Notes under the pieces: model-generated
Databases searched by the model: none
What the model was told of the DNA's origin: nothing
The model's input: the letters and a program-made list of their open reading frames with translations, nothing else
Assembly (NCBI GenBank): GCA_930982035.1
Contig: CAKNJL010000003.1
Span: forward strand, 858-64,857
DNA length: 64,000 nt
DNA from: an uncultured Clostridium sp.
Lineage (GTDB): Bacteria > Bacillota > Clostridia > TANB77 > CAG-508
Direction of reading: 5' to 3'
Shown: piece after piece, positions 38,517-48,424 of the stretch
Numbering within the stretch: position 1 is the first letter of the stretch
Layout: each line of letters starts with the position of its first letter
Translations under genes and position numbers: made by a program

Positions 38517-41500
38517 TTATAACACAAACTTTTTAATTAGTGCTATTCCTCCTGCTAATGTTCCTAACACTGTAAATCCTAATGTAAAATACATTACTGC
38601 TCTACCTGTTTCTATTGATAACAATACTGGGGCGTCATCTATATCGTCTTCTCCCTCTACTTGGTTATCTGGTGTTGAGTCTCTATCTGGTACTCCTTTG
38701 TCATTATAGTCTTCTGATATTTCTGCTATATTTGTCATTTGTCCCATATTGTCTTCTCCATTTATCCATGTTAATACTACTTCCACTTCTGCTGACTCTC
38801 CTGGTTGTAATAATGTATTTTCCAATAATCTTGTTGATATTATATTATTTCCTTCATCTGTCCAGCCTGGATTATCTTCTGCTACAAACATTAGTCCTTC
38901 TGGTACATAGTCTGTTATTTCTTTTGCATATCCTGCTATGTCTCCTTCGTTTGTTACTCTTATTTTGTATCTGAATTTTACTGTTACATCATTTAAGTTC
39001 TTTCTATATAATTCTACTTTTACTACTGGCTCTGGATCCATTTCTGCTGTGTGTCCTGTTTGTGTTACTGTTTCTTTTCCGTCTTCTATTACTATTGCTT
39101 CTGTTACCCATTTTCTTAATGCTAAATCAAAATATGTTAGTTTGATATATTCTCTATCTTGGTCATCTTCTCCTTCATTCCATTCATTTGGTGTTGAGTC
39201 TATATCTTCTACTGGATTTCCATTTTCATCACTATCTTCTGATATCTGTGCTGAGTTTACTATTATTCTGTCTGAACCATTTGGCTCTACTACTTCAAAT
39301 GCTATTTTTACATCTCTATAATCTGGATTTCCTTCTCCTATTGGCTCATCTGGGTTAAATGCTTGTAATAGATTTTCTCCTTCTGTCTCTTCTTGTTCTT
39401 TTGATAAATAATCTGTTCTTATTTCTACTGCTTCGTCTACATTTTCTGTTACATTTCCTTCTTCATCATACATTACCCATCTGTATTCTACATTTGTTGC
39501 ATTTTCTGGTAAGAATCTTAGTCCGTCTGGTATATCATCTGTTATTTCACTTGCATATCCTGCCATATCACCTTCGTTAAATACTCTTATTGTATATTCT
39601 ACTACATTTCCCGTTACTACTTCTACTGGGTCTTTTGTATGATTATATGTTATTTGATCTTTATCTCTATCATAACTTACCTCTGGTACTCTTGTTGTCA
39701 CATCTTCTTCATCTACTTTTGTAATAAATTTTCTTAATGCTAAATCAAATTCTTGTAACATAATATTATCATAATCTTCGTCATCCTCATATTTTACCCA
39801 TTCTTCTGGACTTGAATCTCTATCATCTACTGGATTTCCTTCGCTATCAGCATCTTCTGTTATTGCTACTTCATTTCTTATAATACCTATACTTGGATCT
39901 TCAGCAGTTACTTTAAGTATTACTGATATTTCTCTATAATCTGGATTTCTATTATCTTCTGTGTCAGAGTATGGACTATTTGGATCAAATGCTTTTATTA
40001 GATTAGCTCCTGGTGTTGTTATTTCTTCTCCTTTACCTCTTCCTAAGTAGTCTGTTGAAATCATATTAGTGTCTCCATCAACATAAGTCCAGCCCATTGA
40101 TGTGTTAAATTCTACTGCTGATAATTTATCTTCGTCTGTTATTGGTTCCATATTTTCATCTACATTTGTTCCTAAAAATGTTAGTCCTTCTGGGATGTCT
40201 TCTGTTATTTCTTCTGCATATCCATCTATGCTTCCTTCATTATATATTCTAAATGTATATGTTACTAAGTCTCCAGTTTGTACTGTAATTGGATCTTTAT
40301 TTAATTGATAATCTGCTGTTGTTGCTGTTCCATTTGCTAGATTTGTAATATCTACACCTAATAATCTTTCTGGAACTGCTTCCCCATTTACTTCTGTAAT
40401 TCTTTTTATTAATGCTAAATCAAATTCATTACTATCAATAATTAATTTTTCAAAATCATCATCATCTTGTTGTCCTTCATAGAAGTAATCTGAATCTGTT
40501 AATTCTTCTTTATTATCTTCATTTCCTGTATAGTCTTCCATATTGTCTTTATCTACATTTGGTGCTGTTCCTGGTTCTGAATCTCTGTCAGCACCTGTTT
40601 CATTTATTATTTCATTTCCATATTCATCTACTTCTTTTGATATCCATGCTACATTTGTTAAAACTTTTCCATTTTCACTTGTATCTACAGTACATTCTAT
40701 TTCTATAGTCTCTGCTTCTGCTACTAGATTTCCTTCTGTGTATGCTGGTATATTTTCTGTGTTATCAGTATTTCTAGTTATTGTTAATCTGTTTGTTCCT
40801 TCATCATATGATGCTGTAAATCCTGGTGTATTTATTTTTGAGTATTTTAAACCTGTTGGCAATTGGTCAATTATCTCTGTTGCTCTTCCGTCTAAATCTC
40901 CTTCATTATATATTGTAATGTTATATGTAACTATATCTCCATTTTCAACTTTTACTGGATCTTTTCTATGGTTATATTCTGCTGTTGTACCATTTTTCAA
41001 AGTACTTTCGTCTACATTTGGTACTCTTGTATCTGTAACATTTACGCCATTTACTTTTGTTATATATTTTCTTAATGCTAGGTCAAATTCTTGGTCTTCT
41101 CTTTCAACTTTCATTAATGGTTGTGCATCTCTTTGTTTTGTTGAAGCATATAATGTTAATTTATTTCTATGTCTAACATTTGGGTTTGCATATTGGTCTG
41201 CATTTGCTTTCGCAGTTTCTATCAAGTAATTATATAATTTTACAGCTTGTTGTTGTCTTGCATTACCTGCACCTTGGTCTTCAAATGCTGCCCCTGTTGG
41301 GTTATAACTTGATAAATTTTGGTAAGTTGAAGAATCTGTTGTATAAAATAACCATGATGACTCATCTGTTTTGTCATATTTTCTTTCTCCATTATACATT
41401 TCATCATAATTTGTAAAATACCACATTGCTGCTTGTTGAACTGACTCTATTTCATCATCTGTTATATAATACTGTTCTTCTCCTTCTACGCCTTTAAATT

Positions 41501-42038
41501 CCTCCCATATATCTGTTACTTTTGCTTCTGTTAATAATTGTTCTCTTTCTGCATCTGTTGACTCCCCTGGTAAGTAAAGTAGATTTGCTAATGCAAGTAA
41601 TTCATTGTAATGTCCACCATTTACAAGATTATATAATATTTTATTACTTGTATTTTGATCTTCTGTAGCTATTTGATCTCTTTCTGTATACATATCAAAT
41701 TCTAAGTCATATTCTTGTGTACCTCTTATCCCTTCTCCTTCTGTAAATCCTACTCCGGCCTTTACACAATATACATTAACTTTCATTGGATTAGTTGCAG
41801 ATGATGTATTATATTGCACAATATTCCATATTTTTGCTGAAGGTCCTCCTGTACTACTATCACCATTCGCTTTTGGGTCTCCTATTGAATATCCCATTTC
41901 ACTTCCTACTTCAATCTCTTGAATTCCAAAATATAGTGATGGTGACATTGTTTTTGCATTTACTATACTAGGTAATATTGCTAAACATACTGCTAATAAT
42001 GTTCCGATAAAACTTTTTACAATTCTCTTTTTACACAT
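38517..42038 (-). CDS. paralogous surface adhesin (1173 aa) sharing near-identical N-terminal thioester-like domain and C-terminal ~470 aa with 33249..38312
   Basis: C-terminal ~1.35 kb of DNA nearly identical between the two genes (identical antisense ORFs 33347..34312 and 38615..39580); same sorting signal. Confidence 0.7.
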   Translation of the reverse strand: MCKKRIVKSFIGTLLAVCLAILPSIVNAKTMSPSLYFGIQEIEVGSEMGYSIGDPKANGDSSTGGPSAKIWNIVQYNTSSATNPMKVNVYCVKAGVGFTEGEGIRGTQEYDLEFDMYTERDQIATEDQNTSNKILYNLVNGGHYNELLALANLLYLPGESTDAEREQLLTEAKVTDIWEEFKGVEGEEQYYITDDEIESVQQAAMWYFTNYDEMYNGERKYDKTDESSWLFYTTDSSTYQNLSSYNPTGAAFEDQGAGNARQQQAVKLYNYLIETAKANADQYANPNVRHRNKLTLYASTKQRDAQPLMKVEREDQEFDLALRKYITKVNGVNVTDTRVPNVDESTLKNGTTAEYNHRKDPVKVENGDIVTYNITIYNEGDLDGRATEIIDQLPTGLKYSKINTPGFTASYDEGTNRLTITRNTDNTENIPAYTEGNLVAEAETIEIECTVDTSENGKVLTNVAWISKEVDEYGNEIINETGADRDSEPGTAPNVDKDNMEDYTGNEDNKEELTDSDYFYEGQQDDDDFEKLIIDSNEFDLALIKRITEVNGEAVPERLLGVDITNLANGTATTADYQLNKDPITVQTGDLVTYTFRIYNEGSIDGYAEEITEDIPEGLTFLGTNVDENMEPITDEDKLSAVEFNTSMGWTYVDGDTNMISTDYLGRGKGEEITTPGANLIKAFDPNSPYSDTEDNRNPDYREISVILKVTAEDPSIGIIRNEVAITEDADSEGNPVDDRDSSPEEWVKYEDDEDYDNIMLQEFDLALRKFITKVDEEDVTTRVPEVSYDRDKDQITYNHTKDPVEVVTGNVVEYTIRVFNEGDMAGYASEITDDIPDGLRFLPENATNVEYRWVMYDEEGNVTENVDEAVEIRTDYLSKEQEETEGENLLQAFNPDEPIGEGNPDYRDVKIAFEVVEPNGSDRIIVNSAQISEDSDENGNPVEDIDSTPNEWNEGEDDQDREYIKLTYFDLALRKWVTEAIVIEDGKETVTQTGHTAEMDPEPVVKVELYRKNLNDVTVKFRYKIRVTNEGDIAGYAKEITDYVPEGLMFVAEDNPGWTDEGNNIISTRLLENTLLQPGESAEVEVVLTWINGEDNMGQMTNIAEISEDYNDKGVPDRDSTPDNQVEGEDDIDDAPVLLSIETGRAVMYFTLGFTVLGTLAGGIALIKKFVL

Positions 42039-42295
42039 AACATATCTCTCCTTATTTTAATTACACTGTATTTATATTTTACATCATTTTTTTATTAAGT
42101 CAATAACATTTTTTTCTTATTTTTAGCTTTATAAGAATAAGAAAAATTTTCTGCTAGGGATATACGTTATACATGTTTTCCTCCCTTTTTTATCCCCACA
42201 TTACAATTATATTACATTTTTGTTATAAATTCAAGCATTTATGTTAATTTGTTTGTATTTTCCTTTATTTCCGTAGGTTTTATTCATTTTTACTA

Positions 42296-42612
42296 AGAAC
42301 AATAGCGGGCTTTCTTAAACATTTTTTTCTGTTCATAACATTTCAAAGCCCGCGTCATTGTTCGGCGCCAAATTTTACGCTAGTAAAATTTGTGTGCAAC
42401 CACTAGAGCGAAGCGACGTTCTTGAATAGGAAAAACTTGATTTTTCCTATTCAAGAACAATAGCGGGCTTTCTTAAACATTTTTTTCTGTTCATAACATT
42501 TCAAAGCCCGCGTCATTGTTCTGCGCCAATTTTACGGAAGTCAAAATTGTGTGCAACCGTTGGAGCGAAGCAACTTTTATACAATAGGAAAGTATCACTT
42601 TCCTATTAAAAA
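42296..42612. repeat. two tandem copies of a ~160-bp three-hairpin intergenic repeat (family A)
   Basis: gaacaatagcgggctttc..gaaagcccgcgtcattgttc; caaattttacgctagtaaaatttg; gttcttgaataggaaaaacttgatttttcctattcaagaac; third copy at 54856..55016, partial relatives at ~3965-4013 and 63961-64000. Confidence 0.7.
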
Positions 42613-42694
42613 TCCTTAATTTGTAATTATAATTTATAGTTACTACTACAAAAACATAAAAATATTCTTTTCTTAGATTCTTTTGTTTTTTTCT

Positions 42695-42770
42695 ATTCAC
42701 AGTCTCAAATTTATTTTATAGAATGTATATCTATAATATTGAGTAAATTTCGAATGTGATTGGAGCACTT
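42695..42770 (+). repeat. ~75-bp conserved upstream element (family D), second copy at 63847..63925
   Basis: ttcacagtct(c/t)aaat.tat.ttatagaatgtatat.tat.atattga.taaatttcgaatgtgattggag. Confidence 0.5.
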
Positions 42771-42843
42771 GTAAAGTTTTTTAATCTACATTTATGTCAT
42801 ATCTTTGTTTTTTTCTTCATAACATTATTAAGAGGTATGTTAT

Positions 42844-44148
42844 ATGAAAATTTCTCATATTTATAAAATTCTTTTACCATTTTTTCTTATAATGTTTATT
42901 ACTAATTATGTACTTGCAGATGATATATCACCATTAGATGATAAGTTTGATATTTACGAAGTTTTAGAAGATACAGAAAGTATAGAAACAAATAGTAATT
43001 CATCTGAACTTCCGACAATAAATTCTAGGGCTTATGTTGTTATTGATAGAAAAACTAATACTATACTTGTTGGAAAAAATGAAAATCAAAAAAAGAAAAT
43101 GGCTTCTACCACAAAAATTATGACAGCACTAATTGTCATTGAAAACTGTAATTTATCCGAAACTGTTGAAATTTCTAAAAAATCTGCATCTACTGGAGGC
43201 TCTAGACTTGGCTTAAAAACAGGTGACAAAATAACAGTCTATGACTTATTATATGGTCTAATGATGCGTTCTGGTAATGATTGCGCTGTAGCCTTAGCAG
43301 AACATACTGCTGGATCCATTAGTAGCTTTGCTGATTTAATGAATCAAAAAGCTATTGCATTAGGATTATCTAATACCCATTTTGTAACTCCACATGGACT
43401 AGATGAAGATGAACATTATACAACAGCTTATGAATTAGCACTTCTTTCTAATTATGCCATGAATAATGAAATATTCGCCAAAATAGTAGGAACTAAAAAT
43501 TATACAATAACAATTAATGGATATCCTAAATCTTTGACAAACACTAATGAACTACTAGGTTCTTTAAATGGTGTCTATGGTATAAAAACTGGTTTTACAA
43601 ATGGTGCAAATAGATGTTTAGTGACCTGTTGTAAAAGAGGTGAAATGGATTTAATTTGTGTGGTTCTAGGAGCTGATACAAAAAAATATAGAACAACTGA
43701 CAGCATTAAACTTCTTGAATACTCTTTTAGTAATTTCAAATATGTAAATATAGAAAAAATGGTCTCTAACTATTTTGAAACATGGAAAGAAAATAATGAA
43801 AATTCTTTTACTATAAATAAAGGATTTTCAAATTATCTAAGCTTAAAATATGAAGATTTAAAATATTCTACTATTCCTGTAAGAAATGATTTAGTTGACA
43901 AATTCCAGTTTTATATAACTTGTAACTATATCTTAGACTCTCCTATTAGTAAAGGAACATCTATTGGTACTATTACATTGTCTTTAGAAGATAAAACCAT
44001 TTATTCTGGCAATATCATAACTGACTCTGAAATTAAAAAGAAATCTGTTTTTGACTATATGTTTTATTTTTATAAAAACTTTTATAATATTCTTAATGAC
44101 TTTGGGGACGGAGAAAAAAATCATTTTTCTCCGTCCCCAAAATCATAA
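42844..44148 (+). CDS. D-alanyl-D-alanine carboxypeptidase (peptidase S11, PBP5/DacF-like) with signal peptide
   Basis: SxxK ASTTKIM, SGN, KTG motifs, 434 aa. Confidence 0.8.
   Translation: MKISHIYKILLPFFLIMFITNYVLADDISPLDDKFDIYEVLEDTESIETNSNSSELPTINSRAYVVIDRKTNTILVGKNENQKKKMASTTKIMTALIVIENCNLSETVEISKKSASTGGSRLGLKTGDKITVYDLLYGLMMRSGNDCAVALAEHTAGSISSFADLMNQKAIALGLSNTHFVTPHGLDEDEHYTTAYELALLSNYAMNNEIFAKIVGTKNYTITINGYPKSLTNTNELLGSLNGVYGIKTGFTNGANRCLVTCCKRGEMDLICVVLGADTKKYRTTDSIKLLEYSFSNFKYVNIEKMVSNYFETWKENNENSFTINKGFSNYLSLKYEDLKYSTIPVRNDLVDKFQFYITCNYILDSPISKGTSIGTITLSLEDKTIYSGNIITDSEIKKKSVFDYMFYFYKNFYNILNDFGDGEKNHFSPSPKS
44104..44139. terminator. bidirectional terminator hairpin ggggacggagaaaaa-aatca-tttttctccgtcccc between convergent carboxypeptidase and acpP
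   Basis: 15-bp perfect stem incorporating A/U tracts; member of GGGGACGGAG palindrome family. Confidence 0.55.
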
Positions 44149-44158
44149 AAGTTATTTC

Positions 44159-44401
44159 TTATTTTACATTTTCTTTTATGTATTCAACTACATCTCCTAC
44201 TGTAACAACTTTTTCAGCATCACTATCTGGAATTTCTATATCAAATTCTTCTTCTAATGCCATTACTAATTCAACTATATCTAATGAATCAGCTCCTAAG
44301 TCATCTATAAAAGATGCTTCCATTGTAACTGTGTTTTCAGCTACTCCTAATTGTTCTACAATTATTCCTTTTACTTTTTCTAAAATTTCTTCTGAACTCA
44401 T
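44159..44401 (-). CDS. acpP: acyl carrier protein
   Basis: DSLD phosphopantetheine site [17 protein letters not shown]; start at MSSEEIL with RBS gaggaggtg (track ORF has 15-aa N-extension). Confidence 0.9.
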   Translation of the reverse strand: MSSEEILEKVKGIIVEQLGVAENTVTMEASFIDDLGADSLDIVELVMALEEEFDIEIPDSDAEKVVTVGDVVEYIKENVK

Positions 44402-44562
44402 TTTCCCGAGTTCACCTCCTCTCAAGTTTGCAAATGATTTATTCATTTGATATTTTTCATATTATATTTTCATTTATATTATATGTTTGTATATTTGTCA
44501 AGTAAAATTTGTAAATATTTTTATTTTGTACTATCAAGTCAATTTATTTTTGTCCAATTGAG

Positions 44563-44600
44563 TGTCAATGGGGACGGAGATTTTGACAACTCCGCCCCCA
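44563..44600. repeat. GC-rich hairpin caatggggacggag-N10-ctccgcccccattg between plsX and acpP
   Basis: imperfect 14-bp inverted repeat, same GGGGACGGAG motif. Confidence 0.5.
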
Positions 44601-44617
44601 TTGACAACCATTAACAA

Positions 44618-45631
44618 TCATTTCTGAAATTCTTCTATCATTTTTTCTACAGCTTTATTTTCAACAAATTTTTCTGCTTGTATAATTGTGTATTCAAATA
44701 ATAATTCATCACTACTTCCATGTGCTTTAACAACAGGCTTTTTTACTCCTAAAAATAATGCTCCTCCATATGATTTATAATCCATTGTTTTACTGAATCT
44801 TTTTATTGCTGGAAGTGCTGGAATAGATAATATTTTTGTTAGTAAATTTTTAGTTAAACTTTCTGTCAGAGTTCTTTTTACAAATTTTCCTAAACCTTCT
44901 GTTGTTTTTAAAAATACATTTCCTGTAAATCCATCTGTAACAATTGCGTCTATTTCACCAGAGAAAGCATCTCTTCCTTCAACATTTCCTACAAAATTTA
45001 TATTCAATTCTTTTGACTTTTCTTTTAATAAATTATAGCTTTCTTTTGCTAAATCATTTCCTTTTGTCTCTTCTGTTCCAATGTTTAGTAATCCTATTGC
45101 TGGTTTTTCTATACCAAAAGTATTTCTTAAATAAATACTAGACATTTGAGCAAATTGTAATAAATTGATAGGTTTGCAATTTGTGTTTGAACCTGCATCA
45201 ATTAATAATAATTGACTTTTATATGCAGGCAATATTCCTGCTAATGCTGGTCTATCTATTCCTTTTATTCTTCCTACTAATAGTGTTGCTCCTGTTAGTA
45301 ATGCTCCTGAATTTCCTGCTGATATAAATACATCTCCTTCATCTTCTTTTAGCATTTTGAAACCTACTACCATTGATGAATCTTTTTTGTGTTTAATTGC
45401 TAATGTAGGTGTATCACACATTTCTATTGTTTCTGTTGCATTTTTTATTTTTAATCTGTCAGATATTTCTTCGATTTCTTTTCCATAAAATTCTTTTACT
45501 TTACTTCTTATTACTTCTTCTTTTCCTACTAAAACTACTTCTGCTTTTACTTTATTAATTGCATTTACTGCTCCTTTTATATTGGCATCTGGTGCATTGT
45601 CTCCACCCATTGCATCTAGTATTATTTTCAC
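44618..45631 (-). CDS. plsX: phosphate acyltransferase PlsX
   Basis: DAMGGD N-terminal motif, full-length 337 aa. Confidence 0.9.
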   Translation of the reverse strand: MKIILDAMGGDNAPDANIKGAVNAINKVKAEVVLVGKEEVIRSKVKEFYGKEIEEISDRLKIKNATETIEMCDTPTLAIKHKKDSSMVVGFKMLKEDEGDVFISAGNSGALLTGATLLVGRIKGIDRPALAGILPAYKSQLLLIDAGSNTNCKPINLLQFAQMSSIYLRNTFGIEKPAIGLLNIGTEETKGNDLAKESYNLLKEKSKELNINFVGNVEGRDAFSGEIDAIVTDGFTGNVFLKTTEGLGKFVKRTLTESLTKNLLTKILSIPALPAIKRFSKTMDYKSYGGALFLGVKKPVVKAHGSSDELLFEYTIIQAEKFVENKAVEKMIEEFQK

Positions 45632-45847
45632 TTTTGACTCCTCCTAGTATTGTATTAATTAATTTTATTTATGATATATTTATTTTATTATTCTTTTTAT
45701 AAAAAAACAAGTACTTTTTTAATTTTTCTTGAAGCATTCTTAAGAAGTGGTTATAATTGACTTCAAAATACATAATTAGACTTAAAATTAATAATATTTA
45801 TAATAACTTTAATTAATTAGTTTTTAAGAAATTGATATAATATTTTA

Positions 45848-45877
45848 CCCAGCTACACATAATTATGTGTAGCTGGG
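45848..45877 (-). terminator. perfect hairpin cccagctacacat-aat-tatgtgtagctggg
   Basis: 13-bp stem downstream of 45885..46307. Confidence 0.5.
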
Positions 45878-45884
45878 TTGGAAT

Positions 45885-46307
45885 TTATTTTCGTATTATC
45901 TCGTTCATTATTCTTGCTCTCAGGTTATTTTTTTCCTGAATTTCTTTCGCTTCTATTTTTCTCATTGCAGAATAAAACCTATTGATTATTTTCATTTTCT
46001 CAGATTCTTCTTCTGCTAACAAAATTTCTTCAGAAGTTCTTTTCTTTAAAGTCTCCTTCTCTTCGCCATATTTTTCTTCAATTTCAGATGTTAGTCTTTC
46101 CATCTCTTCATTAAGGTTTAATAATCTCTCTTCTAACTCTCTTTCCGCCTTAGTCATATTATTTTCCTCTCTATTTGATGTTCTTGTTTTATCAGCTACA
46201 TTTTCCTGCCATTCATTTTGAATTAGAGCAATTAAAGCAGATATACTCATCCCTTCCTTCTGTGCTTGAATTACTAAATTCCGACAACTTGTTTCTACAA
46301 ATTTCAT
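45885..46307 (-). CDS. hypothetical coiled-coil protein
   Basis: 140 aa, E/K-rich helical. Confidence 0.4.
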   Translation of the reverse strand: MKFVETSCRNLVIQAQKEGMSISALIALIQNEWQENVADKTRTSNREENNMTKAERELEERLLNLNEEMERLTSEIEEKYGEEKETLKKRTSEEILLAEEESEKMKIINRFYSAMRKIEAKEIQEKNNLRARIMNEIIRK

Positions 46308-46397
46308 GGTTTTTACCTCCTAATGTTTTTTATATATACATTATACCTCGATATTTACATAAAATCAAGTTTTCTTTCATTCAAAATATAAAATTAT

Positions 46398-46425
46398 ACC
46401 CACTTATATAAAAATATATAAGTGG
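46398..46425 (-). terminator. hairpin cccacttatata-aaaa-tatataagtggg
   Basis: 12-bp stem, same ...tgggttgga tail as 45848 hairpin. Confidence 0.45.
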
Positions 46426-46432
46426 GTTGGAT

Positions 46433-46681
46433 TTACAGAGATGTTAATTTTTTAACGAATTCTCTTTGAAGTTCTACATAATCTTCTGTTTGTCTTTTGC
46501 TGAGAAGATCCATCTTTCGTTTATAGTCTTGGTCAATTTTTTTTACTTCTCTGGCCGTTTTCGCACCTTCAAGTGCCTCATGTGCTTCAATTTTTACCTC
46601 TTCCCATTCTTTATCGTGTTTTTCTTTCATCCGTTCTAACTCTTTTTCTGTTTCTTGATGTAATCTCTGCAATTTATCCAT
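46433..46681 (-). CDS. hypothetical small coiled-coil protein
   Basis: 82-aa ORF with RBS. Confidence 0.4.
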   Translation of the reverse strand: MDKLQRLHQETEKELERMKEKHDKEWEEVKIEAHEALEGAKTAREVKKIDQDYKRKMDLLSKRQTEDYVELQREFVKKLTSL

Positions 46682-46743
46682 TTTGCTACCTCCTTTTTAG
46701 TATATATATATATTATAGCACAAATTTTACATTATGTAAAAAA

Positions 46744-46771
46744 GATTACCAAAATCGAGTTTTTGGCAATC
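46744..46771 (-). terminator. tuf terminator
   Basis: minus strand gattgccaaaaactcgattttggtaatc + tttttt. Confidence 0.55.
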
Positions 46772-46784
46772 TTTTTATTTCTTA

Positions 46785-47987
46785 TTATTCTAATATATCA
46801 GATACAACTCCTGAACCAACTGTTCTACCACCTTCACGAATAGCGAATCTTAATCCTTTTTCGATAGCGATAGGTGTAATTAATTCAATTGTCATTGATA
46901 CGTTATCACCTGGCATAACCATTTCTGTTCCAGCAGGTAATTCAATAACACCTGTAACGTCTGTTGTTCTGAAATAGAATTGTGGTCTATATCCATTGAA
47001 GAATGGTGTATGTCTTCCACCTTCTTCTTTAGTTAAAACGTATACTTCTGATGTGAATTTTGTATGTGGATGAATTGTTCCTGGTTTACAAAGAACTTGA
47101 CCTCTTTCGATGTCTTTTCTATCAACACCTCTTAATAATGCTCCTATATTATCTCCAGCTTCTGCTTGATCTAATAATTTTCTGAACATTTCAACACCTG
47201 TAACAACTGTTTTTCTTCTTTCAGTTGTAAGACCGATGATTTCAACTTCGTCTTGTAATTTAACTGTTCCTCTTTCTACTCTACCTGTAGCAACTGTTCC
47301 TCTACCAGTAATTGTGAATACGTCTTCTACTGGCATTAAGAATGGTTGGTCAACTGGTCTTTCTGGTGTTGGGATATAGCTATCAACAGCTTCCATTAAT
47401 TCTTTGATTGGTTGATATACTGGATCATTAGGATCTGTTGATGTACTTTCTAATACTTTTAATGAAGATCCTTTAATCATTGGAATTTCGTCTCCTGGGA
47501 AACCATATTCTGTTAATAGGTCTCTAACTTCCATTTCAACTAATTCTAATAATTCTGGGTCATCAACCATATCGCATTTATTTAAGTAAACAACGATATA
47601 TTTAACTCCAACTTGTCTAGCAAGTAAGATGTGCTCTCTTGTTTGTGGCATTGGACCATCAGCTGCTGAAACAACTAATATTGCTCCATCCATTTGAGCT
47701 GCACCTGTAATCATGTTTTTAACGTAGTCAGCATGTCCTGGGCAGTCAACGTGTGCATAGTGTCTTTTATCTGTTTCATATTCTACGTGAGCTGTGTTGA
47801 TTGTGATTCCTCTTGCTTTTTCTTCTGGAGCTCCATCGATTTGATCATAAGCTTCATATTTAGCTTTTCCTAATAATGATAAATATTTTGTAATAGCTGC
47901 TGTTGTTGTTGTTTTACCATGGTCAACGTGTCCGATTGTACCAATGTTAACGTGTGGCTTTGTTCTTTCAAATTTTGCTTTTGCCAT
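46785..47987 (-). CDS. tuf: elongation factor Tu
   Basis: [18 protein letters not shown]; 400 aa. Confidence 0.97.
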   Translation of the reverse strand: MAKAKFERTKPHVNIGTIGHVDHGKTTTTAAITKYLSLLGKAKYEAYDQIDGAPEEKARGITINTAHVEYETDKRHYAHVDCPGHADYVKNMITGAAQMDGAILVVSAADGPMPQTREHILLARQVGVKYIVVYLNKCDMVDDPELLELVEMEVRDLLTEYGFPGDEIPMIKGSSLKVLESTSTDPNDPVYQPIKELMEAVDSYIPTPERPVDQPFLMPVEDVFTITGRGTVATGRVERGTVKLQDEVEIIGLTTERRKTVVTGVEMFRKLLDQAEAGDNIGALLRGVDRKDIERGQVLCKPGTIHPHTKFTSEVYVLTKEEGGRHTPFFNGYRPQFYFRTTDVTGVIELPAGTEMVMPGDNVSMTIELITPIAIEKGLRFAIREGGRTVGSGVVSDILE

Positions 47988-48149
47988 TTTTTTATTCCTC
48001 CTTTTAACTTAGGTAAAGGATAGCTTTCATGTGCTTCCTTTCCTTTTTTTATATAATTTAAATTTAATGACGTAAGTTTCTTTTAGTATAAGCATTTTAT
48101 AACATTTTATTGAAAAAATCAAGCATTTTTCATAAATATTATAAACTCC

Positions 48150-48420
48150 TATCTATAATCTCATTTTTAATTTTGTATAAAATTGCTATAATGTGCATTT
48201 TCGAAATGTTATTCAAGCCGAAGGCGTACGTTGTGTACGTCAAAGTTTGAATAACATAGCAAAAATGTGCAAGATAGTGATTTTAGAAACCTCTATTTAA
48301 AATTTTGTATAAAATTGCTGTAATGTGCATTTTTGAAATGTTATTCAAGCTGAAGGCGTACGTTGTGTACGTCGAAGTTTGAATAACATGGCAAAAATGT
48401 GCAGGACAGTGATTTTAGAC
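48150..48420 (-). repeat. two tandem ~130-bp copies of structured intergenic repeat family B between fusA and tuf
   Basis: (ctatttaaaattttgtataaaattgct.taatgtgcatttt.gaaatgttattcaagc.gaaggcgtacgttgtgtacgtc.aagtttgaataacat.gcaaaaatgtgca) x2; nested hairpins; minus-strand loop gccUUCGgc. Confidence 0.7.
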
Positions 48421-48424
48421 AAAA

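Noticed and set aside
42491-42700. 69-aa ORF
   Set aside because: Runs through the family A hairpin repeats and an AT-rich spacer; no RBS; intergenic artefact.
48150-48420. Considered CRISPR array because of tandem ~130-bp repeats
   Set aside because: Only two units, no short unique spacers, repeat units far longer than CRISPR repeats, no cas genes; a tandem duplication of the family B element.
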